Source: a virus
Direction: 5' to 3' (one strand)
IMG/VR virus record: IMGVR_UViG_3300022602_002157
Location: 1 to 64,000 of that record
DNA length: 64,000 nucleotides
Part shown: in pieces, positions 1 to 8,799 of the stretch
Layout: each line of letters begins with the position of its first letter
Numbering within the stretch: position 1 is the stretch's first letter
Notes under the pieces: model-generated
The model's input: the letters and a program-made list of their open reading frames with translations, nothing else
Told to the model about the DNA's origin: nothing
Database searches by the model: none
Made by a program: the position numbers and the translations under genes

Positions 1-522
1 GTATCAGCAGTATTTGGTTGGGAGCGTGAATTGCTTGAAGGATCAACTAAAGCAAGTCGTGAATGGCGAGAACAAGTAGATACATGGTGGGCAGAACGTC
101 TTGGTATGCCACATCTTACCCCAAGATGGATTCTACAGTACTGGGGCACAGAAGTTTGTCGCAATGGGTTTCATAATGATATTTGGGTATCTAGCGTAGA
201 GAACAAACTTAGAAACAGCAAGGAAGATATTGTTATTACTGATTGTCGTTTTGTCAATGAGGTGCTTGCTATTAAAAATGCAGGTGGTATCACTATGCGA
301 GTAGAACGAGGTGAACGACCTGTATGGTATGATGCCGCAGTATCATATAACAAAGGTGAACGTGGTAATACTACTTGGGCATTGAGTAAAAAGAAACTTG
401 ATGATCAAAACGTGCATGCCAGTGAGTATAGTAGTGTTGGATTAAACTACGACTATTATGTTGATAACAATGGCACAATCGATGAATTGCATAAACAGTT
501 AGAATCTATAATCAACTTGTAA
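1..522 (+). CDS. Deoxynucleoside monophosphate kinase (T4 gp1-like), 5'-truncated by window edge
   Basis: Frame open from base 1; TPRWILQYWGTEVCR, VITDCRFVNE, HASE and NNGTIDEL motifs of phage dNMP kinases. Confidence 0.85.
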   Translation, partial: VSAVFGWERELLEGSTKASREWREQVDTWWAERLGMPHLTPRWILQYWGTEVCRNGFHNDIWVSSVENKLRNSKEDIVITDCRFVNEVLAIKNAGGITMRVERGERPVWYDAAVSYNKGERGNTTWALSKKKLDDQNVHASEYSSVGLNYDYYVDNNGTIDELHKQLESIINL

Positions 523-861
523 GTCCCCACGCTTCCAATTAACTTCTTTCTTTTTAACTACTTCAATACAGTTAAGACAAACACTACGTAAGTTCGTAAA
601 GTTAACATTGTTCAAATCACCGTCAATATGAAACACGGTAATTTGAGTGGGGTATAACGCTTTGAAACCACATAAGTCACATGTGGTTTTCTTTTTGTAT
701 CCAGATTTTTCCCAATTGCTGATTCTGGATTTCTTTTTATTTTTTCCTTTTGATTGACCGCATGGGTCACATATACTCCTATAGTGAGTAACACCGTCAC
801 GTTTATAATTGACAGCGCAATAGTTCTTATTGCAAGTTTTACATATAGGTCTATTGATCAT
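499..861 (-). CDS. Zn-finger/HNH-like protein
   Basis: CxxC pairs (CKTC, CDPC, CDLC, CLNC) and FHIDGDLNNVNFTNLRSVC HNH-like motif; TATAAATA just upstream on the - strand. Confidence 0.65.
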   Translation of the reverse strand: MINRPICKTCNKNYCAVNYKRDGVTHYRSICDPCGQSKGKNKKKSRISNWEKSGYKKKTTCDLCGFKALYPTQITVFHIDGDLNNVNFTNLRSVCLNCIEVVKKKEVNWKRGDLQVDYRF

Positions 862-865
862 ATTG

Positions 866-873
866 TATTTATA
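866..873 (-). promoter_or_regulatory. T4-type late promoter TATAAATA
   Basis: Exact T4 late consensus 4 nt upstream of the ATG of 499..861(-). Confidence 0.55.
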
Positions 874-974
874 ACCTTCGAAGGTTCGCTAACAGACGGT
901 TTTTTTGAATTTATACTAAATAATAATACAACTCAGGTGGTAAACCTCATAATTTTACAAAAGGAAATTTTATT

Positions 975-3900
975 ATGGCACTAGTATCCCCAGGCGTAGA
1001 AGTAGATATCATTGATCAAAGTCAATATCTACCAGGCGCAACAAACTCAACCCCTTTCGTGCTTATCGCTACAGCGGCGAATAAAGCAGATCCAACTGGT
1101 ACTGGTGTCGCACCAGGTACTACAGCCGCTAATGCTGGACAACTTTACTTGATTACAAGTCAACGTGATCTTGTTCAAACATACGGTACTCCATTCTTCT
1201 ATACAACATCAAATGGTGTTCCTATCCAAGGATATGAATTAAACGAATATGGTCTATTGACTGCATATTCAGCACTTGGTGTAACAAACAGTTGCTATGT
1301 ATTAAGAGCAGACATTGACTTAGCAAGTTTAGTAGGTCAAACAGGTCGCCCAACTGGTAACCCTGTTGATGGAGCATATTGGTTAAATACAACTACAACA
1401 ACTTGGGGTATTAATGCATTCAATGCGGCAACAGGTTCTTTTGAAGCAATTAGTCCTATCGTTATTGATAATGCTTCACAACTATCAGGTGGTGTTCCGT
1501 TAAACAGCATTGGTTCAATTGGTCAATATGCTGTTAACTCAATTCCAAATTACGAAGATCCTAATCAATCAAGCGCACAAACATATTTCTATAAAGCACC
1601 AAATAATACTTGGGTAGCAGTAGGATCACAAGCATGGTTGAACGCATGGCCAACAATTCAAGGTACAAACTCAGGCCCAACCTTAACAGCAGGTAATACA
1701 TTAACACTTAATATTAGTGGTGGTGGTTCAGTAACGGTTACCGTAGAGGCTTCACCAAATAACGTAGTTTCTGTATTAGCAAGCCAAATCAATGCATTAG
1801 GTTTAGGTTATTTGACAGCAAATGTTGTTGGTGGTAAATTAAACATTTATTCATCACAAATTGGTGGAAGCACTAGCGTAAATCCTAAGTACTTGACAAT
1901 TTCAGGTTCAGGAACTATCCTAAATGATTTAGGTATTGATCCAGGCAATTACTATCAACCACAATTCATTTATGGAACATCTGCTCAACAGCCATTATGG
2001 CAAGCAAGTCAGCAATTCCCTGCTCCATCAGGTTCAGTATGGATTAAGGTAGGTTCTGCTGGTAGTGGTTTCAATCCATCAATTAGTGAATGGAGTTCAG
2101 CAACACTAAGTTGGACATCAAAAACAGCCAACTTAGCAACAAGTGACTGGGCTGTTAATGCATCATTGGATTCAACAGGTGGTTCATTAATTCCAGCAGG
2201 CACTGTTTATTCACAATATAACTTCAATATTGCACCAGCAGCCACTTACCCAGCACTTCAAGGTCCAATCTATTATTGGGAACGTGTTGCAACTGGTCCA
2301 ACTATTGCAACAGGTACTGTAACAGACTTTAACTGGACAAGTGGTACTACATATCTTTATGTACAAGCAAGTATCCCTGGTACAAGTTCATTGAGTTCAT
2401 ACTATACTGTTAATATTCCAAGTACATGTACTGCAACTCAATTTGTAACAGCATGGTCAGCGGCAGGCATTCCTTTCACAAGTGCAAGCGTTGCAACTTC
2501 AGGTGCTATCGTTCTTGAGCATACAGAAGGTGGTGCAATTGTATTGAATGACGTTAACTTGTCAACAGGCGTAAGCAGTGGTGTGTTAGCGGCAGCAGGT
2601 TTCGTAGCAGGAACTACTCCTTTCGTTAAGACAGGTCCGTTCGTAACAACTAACTTGAGTCAATACAATACAGGTATTGCTTTCACACCAACTCAGTTAT
2701 CAACTTCAGGTGTTGGTACTGGATTACAAATCAATGTAATTAACAACAACACAATTTATAATGTTTCACCATCAACTTTTGCATCAGCAGGTTCAGGCTA
2801 TGCAGTAGGTGACACAGTAACATTCAGTGGTGCTGTATTAGGTGGCAATCACCCAGCAAATGACTTAGTTGTTAAAGTAGTATCAGTAAGTGGCGGTGGC
2901 GGTGTAACAGGATTAACATATGTTTCTGGTACAGGCGCTCAAACTTACAATCTACAAATTTCAAACTGGGTAGAGTTTAGCATGACACCAAGTTTTGGTG
3001 CTCCAGTAGCGGCTCCAGCAGATGCTACAAATTGGTTCTTCTCAGTAGTTGACCAAGTTGATATCATGGTTAATACAACAACAGGTTGGAAGGGTTATGG
3101 TAATAGTAACTATGACTTGAATGGTTTCCCAACAACTGGTTCAAATATGACTGATCCAAATGGTCCTATCTGTTCTGCACTTCCACCAACAACACAAAGT
3201 GATGGCGTAACTGCTCTTGCTTATGGTGATCTTTGGGTTAACACATTAGACCTAGTAAATTATCCATTAATCAGTCGTTGGCAATCAGTCAACAGTGTTG
3301 ATCAATGGGTATTAATCGATAATACAGACCATGTAAATTCACACGGTATTGTGTTTGCTGATGCACGTTGGGCAACTAACGGTGATACAAGTCCAGTTGA
3401 TGATCCGATCCCAACAATTGCAAGTTTGTTAATGAGCAACTACTTAGACTTAGATGCTCCAGATGCTAACTTATATCCAGTAGGAACATTGTTGTTCAAC
3501 ACAAGACGTTCAGGTTATAACGTTAAACAGTATCGTTCAAACTATTTCAATAGTGACAGATTCCCTGATCAAGACTTGCCAACATATCATGATACATGGT
3601 TATCAGTATCAGGTGCTGATGCAGGAACAGGCGTACCTTACATGGGTGCAGCCGCACAACGTAACATGGTTGTTACTGCTATGAGAGCAACAATTTCAAC
3701 TAACCAAGCGATCAGAGATGAAGATAACTTCTTCAACTTAATGGCAGCACCAAACTATTGCGAATTGCAACCAGATATGGTAACATTGAATGATGATCGC
3801 GGTGACACAGCATTCATCGTTGGTGATACTCCAATGACATTACCTGCTAATGGTACAGCAATTGCGGCATGGGCAAACAATGCGGCAGGTGCTACATCAA

Positions 3901-4598
3901 CAAGCGTAAAAGGTTGCGTAACACGTAACACATATTTGGGTCTATTCTATCCAAGTGGTATTACTGACGACTTGCAAGGTAACTTAGTAGCAGTTCCCCC
4001 ATCATACATGATGTTGAGAACATTCTTAAGAAATGACCAAATTGCTTATCCTTGGTTAGCGGCAGCAGGTACACGCCGTGGTATCATTGATAACGCAACT
4101 AACATTGGTTATATTGATGCTGTAACAGGTAACTTTGTAACAAGCAAGACAAGTCAAGGTATCAGAGATGTATTGTATACACACAACATCAACCCACTAG
4201 TATTCTTTACTGGTAATGGATTGTTAAGTTTCGGTAACATCTCAAGTTATGCATCACAATCTGCATTAGATAGAATTAACGTTGCAAGACTTATCTGCTA
4301 TCTAAGATACAACTTGGCAGTTGCCGCAAGACCGTTCATCTTTGAACCTAATGATGCATTGACAAGAAGTCAGATTTCAGGCGTTGTTCAAACATTGCTT
4401 GTTGACTTAGTAGCGAAACGTGGTATCTATGACTACTTGGTAGTCTGCGATAACAGTAACAATACTCCTGCAACAATTGATGCTAACGAACTTTGGGTAG
4501 ACGTTGCAATCGAACCTGTGAAGGCAGTCGAGTTCATCTATATCCCAGTACGTATCTTGGCAACAGGTACATTAGGTGGCCAAGGTGGCAGTAAGTAA
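975..4598 (+). CDS. Tail sheath protein (gp18-like) with large inserted domains
   Basis: N-terminal LVSPGVEV; C-terminal PWLAAAGTRRG, INPLVFF, LDRINVARL, FEPND, IEPVKAVEFIYIP sheath motifs; AAGGA RBS; TAAATA at 917. Confidence 0.95.
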   Translation: MALVSPGVEVDIIDQSQYLPGATNSTPFVLIATAANKADPTGTGVAPGTTAANAGQLYLITSQRDLVQTYGTPFFYTTSNGVPIQGYELNEYGLLTAYSALGVTNSCYVLRADIDLASLVGQTGRPTGNPVDGAYWLNTTTTTWGINAFNAATGSFEAISPIVIDNASQLSGGVPLNSIGSIGQYAVNSIPNYEDPNQSSAQTYFYKAPNNTWVAVGSQAWLNAWPTIQGTNSGPTLTAGNTLTLNISGGGSVTVTVEASPNNVVSVLASQINALGLGYLTANVVGGKLNIYSSQIGGSTSVNPKYLTISGSGTILNDLGIDPGNYYQPQFIYGTSAQQPLWQASQQFPAPSGSVWIKVGSAGSGFNPSISEWSSATLSWTSKTANLATSDWAVNASLDSTGGSLIPAGTVYSQYNFNIAPAATYPALQGPIYYWERVATGPTIATGTVTDFNWTSGTTYLYVQASIPGTSSLSSYYTVNIPSTCTATQFVTAWSAAGIPFTSASVATSGAIVLEHTEGGAIVLNDVNLSTGVSSGVLAAAGFVAGTTPFVKTGPFVTTNLSQYNTGIAFTPTQLSTSGVGTGLQINVINNNTIYNVSPSTFASAGSGYAVGDTVTFSGAVLGGNHPANDLVVKVVSVSGGGGVTGLTYVSGTGAQTYNLQISNWVEFSMTPSFGAPVAAPADATNWFFSVVDQVDIMVNTTTGWKGYGNSNYDLNGFPTTGSNMTDPNGPICSALPPTTQSDGVTALAYGDLWVNTLDLVNYPLISRWQSVNSVDQWVLIDNTDHVNSHGIVFADARWATNGDTSPVDDPIPTIASLLMSNYLDLDAPDANLYPVGTLLFNTRRSGYNVKQYRSNYFNSDRFPDQDLPTYHDTWLSVSGADAGTGVPYMGAAAQRNMVVTAMRATISTNQAIRDEDNFFNLMAAPNYCELQPDMVTLNDDRGDTAFIVGDTPMTLPANGTAIAAWANNAAGATSTSVKGCVTRNTYLGLFYPSGITDDLQGNLVAVPPSYMMLRTFLRNDQIAYPWLAAAGTRRGIIDNATNIGYIDAVTGNFVTSKTSQGIRDVLYTHNINPLVFFTGNGLLSFGNISSYASQSALDRINVARLICYLRYNLAVAARPFIFEPNDALTRSQISGVVQTLLVDLVAKRGIYDYLVVCDNSNNTPATIDANELWVDVAIEPVKAVEFIYIPVRILATGTLGGQGGSK

Positions 4599-4601
4599 TA
4601 A

Positions 4602-4629
4602 TAATGATGCCCCGCAAGGGGCATCATTA
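4602..4629 (+). terminator. 12-bp hairpin with GCAA tetraloop between sheath and tube genes (terminator or processing/stability element)
   Basis: TAATGATGCCCC-GCAA-GGGGCATCATTA; no clear U-tract. Confidence 0.55.
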
Positions 4630-4634
4630 AGTGA

Positions 4635-4640
4635 TAAATA
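4635..4640 (+). promoter_or_regulatory. Late promoter core TAAATA, representative of a family (also 917, 6669, 7640, 8133, 12185, 20628, 23271, 26261, 31977, 34761, 35801, 41274, 43304, 48114, 49485, 49514, 54368, 58663, 62891; - strand 26139, 49475)
   Basis: (GA/C)TAAATA recurs shortly upstream of starts of structural and other genes; matches the T4 gp55-type -10-only late promoter. Confidence 0.65.
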
Positions 4641-4659
4641 CATATATAGGAGATAAAAA

Positions 4660-5292
4660 ATGGCAACAGCCTCACAATCATTGTTCAACATGACAGTCGC
4701 AGGAGATACATCAGGCGGCAACCAAGGTCTGTTGATGCCTAAACTACAATTTAGATTCAGAGTTGACTTTCTAAATTTTGGTGCAAGCGCAACACAGGGT
4801 CTAAGTTTGACTAAACAAGTTATCGATTGCGCAAGACCGCAAGTACAATTTGACGATATTACATTAAACGTATATAACTCAACAATGTATCTAGCAGGTA
4901 AACCAAAATGGCAAACTCTTGCAATCAACATTCGTGATGATGCATCTGGTTCAGTTTCACTTGCAGTTGGTTCACAAATTCAGAAGCAATTCGACTTTGT
5001 TGAGCAGGCTTCAGCGGCTACTGGTCAAGACTACAAATTCCAAACTAACATTCAAATTCTTGATGGTGGTAACGGCACTGCTGTTCCTGCTGTGTTAGAA
5101 ACTTGGGAATTGTATGGATGTTATATCCAACAGGTTAACTATCAAACATTGAACTACGGTACAAGTGATGCGGTAACAATCGCATTAACATTACGTTATG
5201 ATAACGCAATTCAAGCACCGCTTGGTTCTGGTGTTGGTACACCTGGTCTACAAAATCAGACAGGTTCATCAGTAACTGGTATCGGTCAGTAA
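4660..5292 (+). CDS. Tail tube protein (gp19-like)
   Basis: Follows sheath; PKLQFRFRV, YLAGKPKWQ, ETWELYGCY, LTLRYDNA motifs; AGGAG RBS. Confidence 0.9.
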   Translation: MATASQSLFNMTVAGDTSGGNQGLLMPKLQFRFRVDFLNFGASATQGLSLTKQVIDCARPQVQFDDITLNVYNSTMYLAGKPKWQTLAINIRDDASGSVSLAVGSQIQKQFDFVEQASAATGQDYKFQTNIQILDGGNGTAVPAVLETWELYGCYIQQVNYQTLNYGTSDAVTIALTLRYDNAIQAPLGSGVGTPGLQNQTGSSVTGIGQ

Positions 5293-5304
5293 TACTGAGT
5301 AAAA

Positions 5305-6657
5305 ATGTCAGGGTTTAATCAGAACCTTTTAGTAAACGCCGCAGTAGGCGCACTTGAATCTTTGGTCGGAGGGTCTGTACTTAATGGTACAGGCTACTCT
5401 GGTCCAAGAACTCAAACTGGTTCTTACTTCGGTGAATACCTACGTGATTATACCCACGCAAGCAAAATCTTTAGGACTAATTCTTATCAGAATACTCCTA
5501 AATTCAAGTATCTATTTCACACATATTTTAAAATTAATACCGAGGCAATGCAATTTTTTAATGGCGGCCGCAGTGGTACAAATGTACTTCCCACAAGTAG
5601 TTATGGACTATTAGTTAAAGATATTAAACTACCAAGTTTTAATATTACTACACATCAACTTAATCAATACAATAGAAAAAGAATCGTACAAACAAAAATT
5701 AAGTACGAACCAGTTGAAGTAAGTTTCCATGATGACAATGGTGATACTATTAATGGTATGTGGCAAGCATATTATCAATATTACTATCAAGACAGTTTAA
5801 ATGTGAATGCACAATTCAATGGTGCAAGAGGTGGTAACGGTGGTGCAATTAATTACAATCAAAGAAACATTTATGATAATAATATAGGTGGAGATAATGG
5901 TTGGGGTTATGATGGTACTTATCCAAATGGCACACAAAAAAAGATTCCGTTTTTTGATAGTATTACTGTATTTGGATTCAACCAACACAATTTTACTGCC
6001 TATACATTTATTAACCCATTAATTACTAATTTTTCACATGATAATTATAGTTATAATGAAACTAATGGTATCATGCAAAATAGAATGACCTTTGACTACG
6101 AAACTGTAACATATGATTACGGTCATTTAGATGGTCAAGATCCAAGCAATATTATTCCTGGTGGTTTTGGTCAAACTGCAAATTACGATACAACTCCAAG
6201 TCCTATTATGGCAGCAGGTGCAAACAAATATGCACTTGGACAAGGTGGTTTAGTACCTTCACTAGGTGGCGCATTAACACAACAACCTGCAGGAAGCACA
6301 TTAGCAGCCGCACAAACTGCAGGTGTTTCGTATGCATCTTTATATTCTCCACCTAATCCAGACCCTTCAGCCGCACTAAATGCAGGTGCAGTTGCCGCTA
6401 CAGCAGGTGTAACATCTGCATCTAGTACTAGAAACGTATCATTTAATATTCCGGCATTGGGGTCTACTGGTAGTACTTATGGTACAGGTACTGCAAACTA
6501 TCCAGTTATCAATGGCGCTACAGCACCAACTCCAATCACTAATGAACCCCTTGCAGGACAACAAAATAACAGCGCAGATTTAACACCTAGTTCTGTTGGT
6601 CAAAATCAAGCAGACTTTTTAGATCCAACGAGTGACGCTGAGTTCTTAGGACCATAA
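5305..6657 (+). CDS. Tail-tube-like baseplate/tube initiator protein (gp48/gp54-like)
   Basis: Tube-fold signature (LVKDIKLPSF, NQYNRKRIVQTKIKYEPVEVSFHDD, MTFDYE); position after tube gene. Confidence 0.65.
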   Translation: MSGFNQNLLVNAAVGALESLVGGSVLNGTGYSGPRTQTGSYFGEYLRDYTHASKIFRTNSYQNTPKFKYLFHTYFKINTEAMQFFNGGRSGTNVLPTSSYGLLVKDIKLPSFNITTHQLNQYNRKRIVQTKIKYEPVEVSFHDDNGDTINGMWQAYYQYYYQDSLNVNAQFNGARGGNGGAINYNQRNIYDNNIGGDNGWGYDGTYPNGTQKKIPFFDSITVFGFNQHNFTAYTFINPLITNFSHDNYSYNETNGIMQNRMTFDYETVTYDYGHLDGQDPSNIIPGGFGQTANYDTTPSPIMAAGANKYALGQGGLVPSLGGALTQQPAGSTLAAAQTAGVSYASLYSPPNPDPSAALNAGAVAATAGVTSASSTRNVSFNIPALGSTGSTYGTGTANYPVINGATAPTPITNEPLAGQQNNSADLTPSSVGQNQADFLDPTSDAEFLGP

Positions 6658-6679
6658 TATTATTTGACTAAATAATGTT

Positions 6680-7054
6680 ATGCAACAAGCCTTTTCATCA
6701 ATAACAACCGATAGAGATAGTATATCACAGACTGTAAGAATCTATGATAACTTCTATAGCACCACATTAAATGTTAACGGTGCAGAATATGATTTAGTAT
6801 TTTCTTATTTCAAGGGTACTAGTCAGAACAATACTATTGCGGCAAATTTTACAGCACTTCTTTTTAGTATTTCACAACAAACTAAAATTCCAGTACAGCA
6901 ATTGCTTGAAGCATTGCAAGGCACTAATAATACATTACAAGCAAATAACTTATTGTGTTACTACTTAAACACATTCAGAGCCAAAGCAGCCATGTACGGT
7001 ACTGGTAATATTCCTCAACCCAATCAAGCAGTTCAAAGAAACGTAGTGTTATGA
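6680..7054 (+). CDS. Hypothetical virion-module protein
   Basis: 124-aa ORF directly after TAAATA, packed between neighbours. Confidence 0.6.
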   Translation: MQQAFSSITTDRDSISQTVRIYDNFYSTTLNVNGAEYDLVFSYFKGTSQNNTIAANFTALLFSISQQTKIPVQQLLEALQGTNNTLQANNLLCYYLNTFRAKAAMYGTGNIPQPNQAVQRNVVL

Positions 7055-7055
7055 T

Positions 7056-7490
7056 ATGGCTAAATGGGCACAAGGAACTTTTACTCCAACTCAACCTCAA
7101 AAGTATATAGGCAAGCATAAGCCTAGATATCGTTCAGGTTGGGAACTTACGTTCATGACCTTTTGCGACACACACAAGAACGTATTGTATTGGGCTAGTG
7201 AAGCAATGACAATACCTTATATTCATCCTTTTACAGGAAAACGTACTAACTATATCCCAGATTTTTTTGTAGTGTATGAAAACAAATACGGTAAAAAGAT
7301 AGCAGAAGTTGTAGAAATAAAACCAAAAAAACAAAGTTTAATTGAAAGCAAAGTAGCAAATGCTAAAGATAGAATGGTAGTTGCTATCAATCATGCCAAA
7401 TGGAAAGCCGCAATGGCATATTGTCAAAGTCAGGGATTTACTTTTAGAGTTATCACTGAGAACGATTTGTTCAGGAACGGAAAGGCATAA
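7056..7490 (+). CDS. Head completion nuclease (T4 gp4-like, TnsA-N/PD-(D/E)xK fold)
   Basis: YRSGWE, WASE, YIPDF, EIKP, NHAKW and FRVITE motifs. Confidence 0.85.
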   Translation: MAKWAQGTFTPTQPQKYIGKHKPRYRSGWELTFMTFCDTHKNVLYWASEAMTIPYIHPFTGKRTNYIPDFFVVYENKYGKKIAEVVEIKPKKQSLIESKVANAKDRMVVAINHAKWKAAMAYCQSQGFTFRVITENDLFRNGKA

Positions 7491-7491
7491 A

Positions 7492-7653
7492 ATGTTTAGT
7501 ACGTACATAGAAAAGAACAAAGACTTATTTCCAAAAGTGTTTGTACTGCATGATACTGGTATGAATACAAGACAGATATCATTAAAATTGGGAATTTCAT
7601 GGGATAGGGTAAATTACATTTTAACAAATAAAGATAGACTAAATACTCTATGA
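7492..7653 (+). CDS. Small helix-turn-helix protein
   Basis: GMNTRQISLKLGISWDRVNYIL HTH pattern; ATG at 7492 fills the gap. Confidence 0.45.
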   Translation: MFSTYIEKNKDLFPKVFVLHDTGMNTRQISLKLGISWDRVNYILTNKDRLNTL

Positions 7654-8132
7654 CACGTAAACTTGAAGAATTATTTGACATGACTGAAAGTGAGAAAAAT
7701 GAACTCACTATGCCCATTCCTGAAATTGCACAGGAAGTTACTACAGAAGCACTTAGTAATTTAGAAAAGATTGAAACAGCATTACCGCAAGTCAGAGGAC
7801 TAGAAGCCGCTGATACTGAAATGGATGAGTTGGCAAACCTAGCAACAAGTAGTTATAAAGACTTGATGGATTTGGGAATGCAAGTAGACAGTAGATTTAG
7901 TAGTGAAATCTTTGGTGTTGCTAGTAATTTATTAGGTCATGCAATTACAGCAAAAACTGCTAAACTAAATAAAAAGTTAAAGATGATTGACTTACAGTTG
8001 AAGAAAGCGGCGTTGGATCAACGTCAGGCTGCTAAGTCAGAAGAGATCGAAAACACCCCATTAGGTGAGGGTAAGTCATTAGATCGCAACGAATTGCTCA
8101 GAGTTCTCAGCGCAAAAACTGAGACTAAATGA
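7650..8132 (+). CDS. Helical hypothetical protein (possibly terminase small subunit-like)
   Basis: Coiled-coil, C-terminal DRNELL; late-promoter context; function inferred only. Confidence 0.5.
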   Translation: MTRKLEELFDMTESEKNELTMPIPEIAQEVTTEALSNLEKIETALPQVRGLEAADTEMDELANLATSSYKDLMDLGMQVDSRFSSEIFGVASNLLGHAITAKTAKLNKKLKMIDLQLKKAALDQRQAAKSEEIENTPLGEGKSLDRNELLRVLSAKTETK

Positions 8133-8158
8133 TAAATATAGTATACGGGAAATAAATT

Positions 8159-8779
8159 ATGAAGAGCCTCAAACAATACATTGTCGAAAGTGTACATACA
8201 TATGATTACACTATTAAAATTGCCGGTGAGATTGATAAGAACTGGTTAGATATGTTCAAGTATAACTTGAATAAGTTTGACCCTGTTGAAATCTCTGCAC
8301 CAACAAGCACGCCAATTCAAAAAGACCCATATGGGTTCCCTGATATTCATAATGAACCTGTTACTATCATTAAAGCAAAATTCCGTTATCCTGCAACAGA
8401 ACCAATGATTCAACAAATTGCACAATTGCTAGGATACAATGTCAATATGGTTCGCATGGTAAATAGCAAGTACGATGACAGCATCAATAGCGAATCAGAA
8501 CAATACGCCAATCAAATGAAAAACAGCCCTGTGTTAACTCACGAAGAGGAAACAGAAGCAGGTGCTAAGGCAGCAAGTAAAGCATATGCTGGTTCATACT
8601 TAGACAGTATCAAGGATCAAGCAAAAGGATCAAAAATTGATTATCAATATGATGGAAAGAAAACTCCAGATGCATTTGATCCATTCAAGCCATACTTAGA
8701 TGATAAGAAGTTAGGTGACATGAGTCCTATGACTAAAATTAAAATGCCACCTAAACCAAAGACTGGTGCAATGGTTTAA
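8159..8779 (+). CDS. Probable head/internal virion protein
   Basis: N-terminus MKSLKQYIVES resembles the T4 capsid-targeting sequence; TAAATA at 8133. Confidence 0.55.
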   Translation: MKSLKQYIVESVHTYDYTIKIAGEIDKNWLDMFKYNLNKFDPVEISAPTSTPIQKDPYGFPDIHNEPVTIIKAKFRYPATEPMIQQIAQLLGYNVNMVRMVNSKYDDSINSESEQYANQMKNSPVLTHEEETEAGAKAASKAYAGSYLDSIKDQAKGSKIDYQYDGKKTPDAFDPFKPYLDDKKLGDMSPMTKIKMPPKPKTGAMV

Positions 8780-8799
8780 TTAATTAAGGACGACACATT

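Noticed and set aside
873-886. Palindrome AACCTTCGAAGGTT between divergent genes
   Set aside because: Single 14-bp palindrome with no clear second copy; could be an operator or hairpin but unsupported
7056-7490. TnsA-like transposase implying a Tn7 element
   Set aside because: No TnsB/C or terminal repeats; motifs and context fit the T4 gp4-like head completion nuclease
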